A DNA stretch of 41,069 nucleotides, from contig MFAE01000008.1 in assembly GCA_001774495.1 (NCBI GenBank), positions 16,150 through 57,218 of the forward strand, given 5' to 3'. Positions 34,160 to 41,069 of this stretch are shown here, piece by piece (position 1 is the stretch's first letter; each line of letters begins with the position of its first letter). Both the position numbers and the translations under genes were made by a program. The stretch comes from Candidatus Campbellbacteria bacterium RIFOXYC2_FULL_35_25 (GTDB lineage Bacteria > Patescibacteriota > Minisyncoccia > Phycocordibacterales > UBA12079). The notes beneath the pieces are model-generated. The model was not told where the DNA came from. It was given only the letters and a program-made list of their open reading frames with translations, and searched no databases.

Positions 34160-34357
34160 TTATTTTTTCTCTTCGCGACAAAACTCACACTCACACCCCA
34201 GGGGGTGTTCTCCTCTTCCACCGACAACTACAGCTGGGGCATTTGTTCCCTTTGAGATTCTGGTTCCTCCTGGTAATGTATGCATGTTTCCGCAGGACCT
34301 CGCTTTGTGGGAGCTGCCCCTAGCACTTCTTCCCCAACCGCCTCTGCCTTTTGCCAT
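34160..34357 (-). CDS. Small basic Gly/Arg-rich protein (65 aa) with a C-terminal CxCxxC
   Basis: AAAGGA before ATG 34357; TAGACA-N17-TATTAT promoter upstream. Confidence 0.55.
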   Translation of the reverse strand: MAKGRGGWGRSARGSSHKARSCGNMHTLPGGTRISKGTNAPAVVVGGRGEHPLGCECEFCREEKK

Positions 34358-34467
34358 GGTTTGTTTTCCTTTGTTGAGATTATTGCCGACCAACTTGTCT
34401 AAATTTCTGCGCTAAATAATATATTATTGTATAGATTCTGTCTATTTTTTGTTTCTATTTTGTATTT

Positions 34468-36609
34468 TTATTCAAAATGTACCTCAATTTTTTTTAGCTT
34501 TTCTTTTACCACTGGGTAATTTTTTAAATTAGCATCTTCTTTAATTATTTCTTGAGCTTCGGTGCGGGCGGCTTCTACCATTTTTATATTTTTTATTGCT
34601 TCCATCCCGATATCAGAAATACCCCATTGTTTTTTGCCCGACAATTCGCCTGACCCTCTGAGAAGTAAATCTTTTTCTGCTAATTCAAAACCATTTTTAG
34701 CAGACTGTAGAGCTTTTAATCTATCTAATGTTTGTTCTGCTTTTGTGTCGCTAAATACATAGCAAAAAGCTTGATGGTTACTTCGAATCACCCGACCCCT
34801 TAATTGATGGAGTTGAGCTAGCCCAAATCTTTCCGCCCCTTCAATAATTATTATTGTAGCATTGGGGACATTTACTCCAACTTCTACAACAGAGGTGGCG
34901 ACAAGAATATCGATTTCTTTATTTTCAAATTGAGACATAGTAGCTTCTTTGTCAGCTGGAGTCATCTTGCTGTGTAAGATATCAATTTCGTATTCTGGAA
35001 AAACCTCTTCCTTTAATCGTTGGGCTTCCGCTCTTACGGACTTAACTCGAAGAGCCTGAGCTTTTTCTGGGTCGGGCTCTTCTATCCTCGGGCAAATAAC
35101 ATACATTTGTCGTCCCTCTTTTAATTCTTCCCGAATAGTTTCATAAGTTTTTTCTCTCTTGGCTGGAGTAACAATTTCTGTGATAACAGACTTTCTTCCT
35201 GTTGGCATTTGGTCCAGCAAGGTTAAATCTAGGTCACCATAAATAGTCAAAGCTAATGTTCGGGGTATTGGTGTTGCTGTCATAGATAGCAGGTGGGGGA
35301 TTACTTCGCTCTTTTTTGTAATTTTCATTCTCTGGTTTGTTCCAAACTTGTGTTGCTCATCGATGATTACACAGGCGAGGTCTTTGAATACAACACCTTT
35401 TTGTATAAGAGAATGAGTCCCTATTAAGATGGGGATTTCTCCATTGGCAACCCATTTCAATAGTTGAGGGCGAGAAATACCAGTCCAGTTATTTGGGTTA
35501 GTTTTTGAGGGAAATTTTCTGCACCCACTTGAGGTTATCAATCCGATACTTATATTTTTTTCAGAAAAATATTGTATGAATGATTCAAAAAGTTGTTTAG
35601 ACAAAACTTCTGTTGGTGACATATAAGCAATTTGAAGATTTCCAAAGCTCTGTTCATTTGGCCTGGTCGTAACAACAGCATTAGAAACAGCGGCCGCCAC
35701 GGCTGTTTTTCCTGAACCAACATCACCTTCAAGTAATCGAGACATTGGATGGTTACCTCCAATATCTTTTAAGATTTGCTCGATTGATTTTTCTTGGGCC
35801 TTGGTAAGCTTGAAAGGGAAACTGTCTAATATTTTTTTAATCTCTTCTTTTGTCTTTTTTATTTTAAATGAGGGCTGTTGTTGAAATTTTTTCTTTTGAC
35901 TTTGGCGGGATAACTGAATAAAGAAAATTTCTTCGAAAGCAAATCTTTTACGAGCGGAAACAGCATCAGATTTTTTTTGCGGAGTGTGAATCCAAATCAG
36001 GGCGGTTTTCAGGGAAGGGAGGTTATATTTTTTTAAAATTTCTTGAGGGATAGGGTCAGCAATTTCATCTAAAAGGCCCGAGTTAAAAATTTTTTTGATA
36101 CTGTGGTGAATCCATTGAGAACTCACACCTCTGCTTTCTGGATAAATAGGAGAGAAAAAATGATTGTCTGATTCTTCTTTGAATATTCCCGTAGGGATAG
36201 ACTCTGTTATTTCGTATGCAGGATTGGCTAAATAGGGCTTACCTTTTCTGTCGCTGATAGTTCCGCTAAATTTAGCAAAAGTTCCTTCGGGCAACATTTT
36301 AGATATATAGGGTTGGCGAAACCAAACAGCTGGGATGGTACCCTCGCTATCTTCGAGAACCGCCTCTGTCATTGTAATCTTTTTGTAATAAGCTTTACTG
36401 GCTTTTATTTTTTTTACCTTAGCGTAGATAATGATTTTGTCTCCTATCTTTAAATCTTTTGTGTTTTTTGTTTCGTCTGTATCTCCGTGGCGAGGAGGGA
36501 AATAGTAAAGCAAATCCTCAATAGTTTTTAAACCAATTTTTTTGAGGGCTTTTTTTCGGCTATCTGCGAGGCGAGGAAAAATCTCTTCAATTTTTGAGTT
36601 TAGTTGCAT
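34468..36609 (-). CDS. recG: ATP-dependent DNA helicase RecG
   Basis: N-terminal wedge/OB region, GDVGSGKT, IIDEQH, MTATPIPRT, QLHQLRGRV. Confidence 0.96.
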   Translation of the reverse strand: MQLNSKIEEIFPRLADSRKKALKKIGLKTIEDLLYYFPPRHGDTDETKNTKDLKIGDKIIIYAKVKKIKASKAYYKKITMTEAVLEDSEGTIPAVWFRQPYISKMLPEGTFAKFSGTISDRKGKPYLANPAYEITESIPTGIFKEESDNHFFSPIYPESRGVSSQWIHHSIKKIFNSGLLDEIADPIPQEILKKYNLPSLKTALIWIHTPQKKSDAVSARKRFAFEEIFFIQLSRQSQKKKFQQQPSFKIKKTKEEIKKILDSFPFKLTKAQEKSIEQILKDIGGNHPMSRLLEGDVGSGKTAVAAAVSNAVVTTRPNEQSFGNLQIAYMSPTEVLSKQLFESFIQYFSEKNISIGLITSSGCRKFPSKTNPNNWTGISRPQLLKWVANGEIPILIGTHSLIQKGVVFKDLACVIIDEQHKFGTNQRMKITKKSEVIPHLLSMTATPIPRTLALTIYGDLDLTLLDQMPTGRKSVITEIVTPAKREKTYETIREELKEGRQMYVICPRIEEPDPEKAQALRVKSVRAEAQRLKEEVFPEYEIDILHSKMTPADKEATMSQFENKEIDILVATSVVEVGVNVPNATIIIIEGAERFGLAQLHQLRGRVIRSNHQAFCYVFSDTKAEQTLDRLKALQSAKNGFELAEKDLLLRGSGELSGKKQWGISDIGMEAIKNIKMVEAARTEAQEIIKEDANLKNYPVVKEKLKKIEVHFE

Positions 36610-36782
36610 ATAGAGAAGTATAAAGTCTCTAAAGTTGAAAGTCTATAATTTGATAAGATTAAATAAGTTTGTGTCCGAATATTCAAGTATGTTATATTAT
36701 AGAGATAATAAACAGGATGAGAAGATTTGTTGTCGGAAATTTTCTTGATGGTTTAATTTTAAAATTTAATTTACATATAAAT

Positions 36783-37463
36783 ATGCAACAAAAAACATTA
36801 ATACCAATAGTTATAGGAGTTCTTATAATTTTTGCCGGAACTTGGTTTTATTTATCTGGTGGAGATAATAAAGAGTCAAAAACCGCTTCAGATTCAATCG
36901 ATATTTTAGCTCAAGTAAATGGTGAGGAGATAAACAAAGAAGCTTTCGAGACAGCCAAGGCTCAATTTATTACCACCCAAAACATTGAAGTGGCGTCTCT
37001 TGACGAAGAAACCCTTAACCAACTAAATACACAAGTTCTTGATTCTCTTATCAATAATTCTCTAGTTCAGCAAGCTACTAAAGAAAGTAAGGTGAAGGTA
37101 TCAGATGAAGATGTCGACGCACAGATAGATCTTATAAAGAGTCAATTTGAAGATGAGGCAGCTTTTCTGAAAGTTCTTTCAGAACAAGGTATTTCAGAAA
37201 CAGAATTGCGTTCTCAGGTTGTTTTGGACATTGCCGCACAAACATATTTGGAGTCAGTACTTGATCTCGATTCAATCACCGTAACTGAAGAAGAAGTTGA
37301 TGCTTTGTATAAACAAGAAGCTTCTGTTGATAAAGATTTGCCGGCTCTTTCCGAAATCAAAGGTCAAATAGAAGCATTTATTGTTCAACAAAAACAACAA
37401 GAATTATTTTCCCTGCATATTCAAAAGTTACGAGAGGATGCTGATATAGAAATCTTAAATTAA
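36783..37463 (+). CDS. SurA N-terminal-domain chaperone, membrane anchored
   Basis: N-terminal TM; LAQVNGEEI, LDSLINNSLV.Q, VSDEDVDAQI SurA_N-type pattern. Confidence 0.8.
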   Translation: MQQKTLIPIVIGVLIIFAGTWFYLSGGDNKESKTASDSIDILAQVNGEEINKEAFETAKAQFITTQNIEVASLDEETLNQLNTQVLDSLINNSLVQQATKESKVKVSDEDVDAQIDLIKSQFEDEAAFLKVLSEQGISETELRSQVVLDIAAQTYLESVLDLDSITVTEEEVDALYKQEASVDKDLPALSEIKGQIEAFIVQQKQQELFSLHIQKLREDADIEILN

Positions 37464-37473
37464 GAAAAGATTA

Positions 37474-37509
37474 AATAAAAAATACCAACGCAAGTTGGTA
37501 TTTTTTATT
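37474..37509. terminator. Bidirectional terminator
   Basis: AATAAAAAATACCAAC-GCAA-GTTGGTATTTTTTATT. Confidence 0.8.
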
Positions 37510-38070
37510 GTGCGGAGAGGGAGGGATTTGACCTCCCAGTTCTAAGTTCGGACTTCGCCTTTCGGATTGCAAAGTTTGGAGGGATTTGGTCACAAAGTTT
37601 AGGTTTCGATGGGGAGGGATTTGACCTCCCAGTTCTAATTTCAGACTTCGCCCCTTCGGGACTCGTCTTCACTAAGAACTCGTAGGCTCGTCGCTCAAAT
37701 TTTTCTTTCGCTTCGCTACAGAAAAATATATTCGCTCTTGTTCAAATCCCTCCCTCACTTTAACAGCGACACAAAATAAAAACACTGCTTTGGCAGTGTT
37801 TTTATTTTGGTCGTGCGGAGAGATTGTCCACTTCGCTCGAACCTATTTTGAAAAGCAATCGCGAAGCGATTGAAGTTTAAATCTTACGCTCCGAGCAAAA
37901 GATAATTTCAAACCATAACTTACGCTCGACTAAATCGGAAGTTTGAAACAAACGAAACGACTTGTCGTTTCCACTTCGTTCCAACGACAACCAACTCCAA
38001 AAAAAATTCTTTTCCTTTTCTCTAAAAAATTTTGGGGGGCGAAAAAAGAAAGGAAAAAACGCAAAGAAAT

Positions 38071-38252
38071 TTTTTTGGGTTGGTTTCTGCTCATACTTCA
38101 CAGAAAGTCGTTTCTTAGTCGGATGTTTTAGATTCATTTTGTTTTCGTCGCTCGCTCTGTTGTAAAAAACACATTGCCTTTGGCAATGTGTTTTTTACAA
38201 CTCGCTCTCTCACGAAAACAAAACGAAACTAAAACGCTATTTATCTTGTGTT
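38071..38252. repeat. 182-bp direct repeat, copy 1 (nested hairpin)
   Basis: Identical to 39501-39681 except for one deleted C. Confidence 0.95.
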
Positions 38253-38378
38253 GTCTTTATTGAAATATAAAAATTTTTATTGAAAAAACAAGAAGATTAT
38301 GGAATAATAACAAAACTGAGTGGTGGTCACTCAGTAGTATTTTTTTAAAGTTCTTTTAAAACATTATGAGGTGGTAAC

Positions 38379-38954
38379 ATGCAAGTAGCTCAAGCTCAAA
38401 ATTTTGTTCCTCAAGTAAAAACCGTTCAGTTGTTTGATACCAAACAACAACCAACTCTCGGTCGAGAAATCATCCCAGCGGTTCATGGCGAGTATTATGG
38501 CTATTCTTCTGTATTTACAAGAGAAAGGCCCCTTTATGCACTAATGAAGTGTAAATCCAACAAAGATCGACCTGTAAGCGAGATTGTTGATTTAGGTTTA
38601 GAAGCTAATGCCTTCTTCCGGTTTAATGAGACGGATCAAAAGATCATCTCGATAAAAACAGCAAATAATCTCGGCTTACTACAGAGAGGAAAGACAAAAA
38701 TCGATTTTGATGACATCTGGTTCGCCCCAACTAACCTTACAGCCAAGCAATTTATGAAATTGCAGGCTAATAAAAACGAAAAAGAGTTGGTAAACTTATG
38801 CCAAAAAATACTTATCAACGGTCGTGATGCCGTTGAACTTCGCAAAGGATTGGTTGTGACGATGATGACCAGTAGTGAAAAATACGGCATGTTTTTGGTG
38901 AGCAAAATTACACCATTCTCAATTCAAATTGAGGCATGTCACATTTTGCTTTGA
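38379..38954 (+). CDS. Hypothetical protein (191 aa), cassette gene with SD
   Basis: GAGGTG before ATG; terminator ACACCACAGGA/TCCTGTGGTGT at 38976-39002. Confidence 0.75.
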   Translation: MQVAQAQNFVPQVKTVQLFDTKQQPTLGREIIPAVHGEYYGYSSVFTRERPLYALMKCKSNKDRPVSEIVDLGLEANAFFRFNETDQKIISIKTANNLGLLQRGKTKIDFDDIWFAPTNLTAKQFMKLQANKNEKELVNLCQKILINGRDAVELRKGLVVTMMTSSEKYGMFLVSKITPFSIQIEACHILL

Positions 38955-39038
38955 TACCTCAAACCTCAACCCGACACACCACAGGAACGAATCCTGTGGT
39001 GTTTTTTATTGTTTTATGTCATTATCTTTATTATCAAT

Positions 39039-39491
39039 ATGGAAATAAGAAATTATAATAAAAAAGATAAAGTTGCTGTGCAACATATTTTTGCTAAATA
39101 TTGGACAGATAGAGAATTTTTAGATGAGCTTGAGAAAAATTTGGACGGGGGCGAAGTTTATTTTTACGTTGCTGAAAAATACGACGAAATAATCGGTGTT
39201 GCAGGTTTTAGAAAAGCTCCAAAATATCTTCGTGATTATGCAGAAACAGAAAATCCTGTGGAGTTGTATATAATAGCTTCTAAAGAGAAAAACAAAGGTT
39301 TTGGAAACACTCTTGCACAAAAAATTATTGAAAAAGCAAAAAAAATGAATTTTACAGAAATAGAGTGTTATAGCCCCGAGACTCACAATAGTTCGTGGAA
39401 ATTTTATGAGAAGCTTGGATTTAAAAAGCACGGAATTATTAACGATCCAGATGATGGATACCCCGGAATGCTTTGGAGGAAAGTTTTGTAA
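39039..39491 (+). CDS. GNAT family N-acetyltransferase
   Basis: IRNY start, IIGVAG, KNKGFGNTL, KFYEKLGF. Confidence 0.88.
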   Translation: MEIRNYNKKDKVAVQHIFAKYWTDREFLDELEKNLDGGEVYFYVAEKYDEIIGVAGFRKAPKYLRDYAETENPVELYIIASKEKNKGFGNTLAQKIIEKAKKMNFTEIECYSPETHNSSWKFYEKLGFKKHGIINDPDDGYPGMLWRKVL

Positions 39492-39500
39492 GGAAAAGAA

Positions 39501-39681
39501 TTTTTTGGGTTGGTTTCTGCTCATACTTCACAGAAAGTCGTTTCTTAGTCGGATGTTTTAGATTCATTTTGTTTTCGTCGCTCGCTCTGTTGTAAAAAAC
39601 ACATTGCCTTTGGCAATGTGTTTTTTACAACTCGCTCTCTCACGAAAACAAAAGAAACTAAAACGCTATTTATCTTGTGTT
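39501..39681. repeat. 181-bp direct repeat, copy 2
   Basis: Begins 10 nt after the GNAT stop. Confidence 0.95.
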
Positions 39682-39810
39682 TGCCCCAACCCTCCCAGCG
39701 CACACAAAAAAGCTCCCAAACAGACAAAAACCACACTTCGTGTGGTTTTGTATGATAAAAGGGACAAATGGTGTATTTGTCCCTTTTAGCTTTGTGGAGA
39801 TTTGATATTT

Positions 39811-39963
39811 TTATGGTTTTTTGATGTATTTTACACCCCTACCAGCATTTCCAACTTGAATTATCTTTTGCTCTTTTTCAAGAATATTTAAGTATCTTGT
39901 TGCACTTCTTTTAGTAGTTCGTAGCAATTCTTGAACATCCGAGTTTGAAATATTTGGATTTGA
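39811..39963 (-). pseudogene. 3' fragment of a gene ending in a DeoR-like winged HTH
   Basis: SNPNISNSDVQELLRTTKRSATRYLNILEKEQKIIQVGNAGRGVKYIKKP*; no start codon; begins at TCAAATCC. Confidence 0.65.
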
Positions 39964-40140
39964 CCTCCCAGTTCTAAGTTCGGACTTCGCCCTACAGGCT
40001 CGCCCTCATTAAGAACTCGTAGGCTCGGCGTTCGTATTTTTCTTTCAGAAAAATATACTCACCCTTGTTCAAATCCCGACCTCTCTACCGTCAAGACATC
40101 AATATTCAAATACCTTAATCGGTATTTGAAATTGCTGTTG

Positions 40141-40227
40141 CGGAGAGGGAGGGATTTGAACCCTCGGAGGCTTTTACACCTCGGCACGTTAGCAGTGTGC
40201 TGGTTTAAACCACTCACCCACCTCTCC
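40141..40227 (-). tRNA. tRNA-Ser(GCU)
   Basis: GGAGAGG/CCTCTCC acceptor, CT[GCT]AA loop, long variable arm GAGG/CCTC, GAGGG-TTCAAAT-CCCTC T-arm; 87 nt; A31.C39 mismatch; CCA not encoded. Confidence 0.92.
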
Positions 40228-40252
40228 GTGTGTTCGTCAAATTATATTTTTA

Positions 40253-40476
40253 GGGAGGGATTTGGTCACAAATAATTTTTCTTTGAAAAATTTTCGCGAC
40301 CCCGACTCGTCTGTCTCGCTTCGCTCGACATAACTCCGTCCCTTGATTTCAGACAGAAAACAAAGCAGTTTGCTTTCTTTTCTGATAAATATTTTTTATA
40401 AAAGATAAAAAATATTTATCAGAACTTAAATCAAGCCTCGGCACGTTAGCAGTGTGCTGGTTTCACCCACCTCTCC
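40253..40476 (-). pseudogene. Upstream tRNA-Ser(GCU) copy with a D-loop deletion and hairpin insertions
   Basis: ggagaggtgggtga[delta gtggttta]aaccagcacactgctaacgtgccgagg retained; then inserts; aaatccctccc at 40253-40263. Confidence 0.85.
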
Positions 40477-40656
40477 GTATATTTATATTATACTCTCAAT
40501 CTGCCCCTTCATATTTATTTGACCTCCCATAAAATAACATATTTTACTATTAAAATCCATAAGTTTTAGACAAAAAACACATAAACAGAGAAACAAAAAC
40601 AACGAACGGCTCCGCCGTTCGTTGTTTTTGCTGTTAGCTGTCAGCTGTAGGCTTTT

Positions 40657-41069
40657 TCAATGCGCCACCGTTATTACAAATATCTTTTTTGCACCATACC
40701 TCTTGAGGGTTTTGCTCGCTTCTTTAATTGTTGCTCCTGTGGTTGTAACATCATCAAGTAAAATTATATTTCTTTTTCTGATTTCGTGCGGATTTCTTAC
40801 TGTAAAGCAATTCTTCAAATTGTTTAATCTTTCTTTTTTATTTTTCGAGCGGGATTGAGGTGGAGTATTTTTTATTTTTATTAAAATATTTTTTTTAAAA
40901 ATAAAAGAAGAATTATTATCTAGCAAACTCATTTCTTCAGCAATTAATTCAGATTGGTTAAACCCTCTTTCCCTGAGGCGGGACTTTGAAAGGGGAATGG
41001 GGATAAGGATTGGGTCTGCGAAGTTTGAGAAGGTTTGTAAATCCGACATTTTTTCCAACAGGCGGTCGT
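40657..41069 (-). CDS. comF: ComF family phosphoribosyltransferase-like protein, 5' partial
   Basis: PIPLSKSRLRERGFNQSELIA, ILLDDVTTTGAT; frame is open to the window edge. Confidence 0.88.
   Translation of the reverse strand, partial: DRLLEKMSDLQTFSNFADPILIPIPLSKSRLRERGFNQSELIAEEMSLLDNNSSFIFKKNILIKIKNTPPQSRSKNKKERLNNLKNCFTVRNPHEIRKRNIILLDDVTTTGATIKEASKTLKRYGAKKIFVITVAH

Larger units (their letters stand above)
37511..40159. mobile_element. tRNA-Ser-anchored island bounded by 21-bp direct repeats of the tRNA 3' end; no integrase
   Basis: tgcggagagggagggatttga at 37511-37531 and 40139-40159. Confidence 0.55.

Noticed and set aside
2108-35762. Many 60-136 aa ORFs nested in or antisense to long conserved genes (e.g. 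2108, 3095, 9630, 16864, 26225, 30123, 32104, 35550)
   Set aside because: Shadow frames of well-supported CDSs, with no independent motifs or expression signals.
38071-39681. Integron attC sites
   Set aside because: The inner stem starts GTTGTAA and ends TTACAAC, the reverse of the RYYYAAC...GTTRRRY order; no extrahelical-base pattern recognised and no intI nearby.
39689-39706. cctcccagcgcac resembling another tRNA 3' end
   Set aside because: Only about 13 nt, no T-loop; cannot be separated from chance or from the cctcccag in neighbouring repeats.
37877-39789. ORFs 37877..38137, 37943..38131, 37962..38165, 39545..39736, 39604..39789, 39120..39524
   Set aside because: Derived from palindromic repeats or antisense to the GNAT gene; low-complexity K/F-rich translations.
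40141-40227. tRNA-Ser as a pseudogene because of the A31.C39 mismatch
   Set aside because: All other stems and conserved bases are intact; one mismatch at the loop-closing pair is tolerated in real tRNAs.
1-41069. Alternative genetic code 25 (UGA=Gly), as in Gracilibacteria/Absconditabacteria
   Set aside because: Conserved genes are full length under code 11 and several end at TGA at expected positions (6723, 11247, 15548).

Overview
AT-rich chromosomal window that reads like a Patescibacteria (CPR, probably Parcubacteria) genome in standard code 11; the taxonomy is inferred from gene content and protein style, not from a marker gene. Recognisable genes: a type IV pilus cluster (pilB, pilC, three minor pilins, PilX-like), tpiA-pgk, HIT, recJ, rnhA, comEC, smpB-ssrA (tmRNA), ftsH, recG, a SurA-like chaperone, partial comF, tRNA-Ile(UAU) and tRNA-Ser(GCU). 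No integrase, transposase, CRISPR array or rRNA is visible. The unusual signal is mostly non-coding. (1) Every complete stable-RNA gene has a 'shadow' copy of itself split by nested hairpins: tRNA-Ile at the D-loop, 37/38 and variable loop; tRNA-Ser and tmRNA with the same TGGTCAC...CGACCCC insert in the T-loop. (2) Related hairpins sit at gene ends and in-frame inside recJ and comEC. (3) A 2.6-kb tRNA-Ser-anchored island holds a two-gene cassette between 182/181-bp direct repeats. (4) Two expression grammars coexist: housekeeping genes look leaderless, while GC-richer orphan genes have -35/-10 promoters, Shine-Dalgarno sites and their own terminators. Protein-level oddities include a membrane-anchored degenerate Hsp100/Clp gene pair, a signal-peptide-less GluR0-like K+ channel, an exported PLA2-like protein, a stand-alone purC, a Cys-free PilB and an rplI remnant. 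All calls come from reading the sequence by eye with no database searches.
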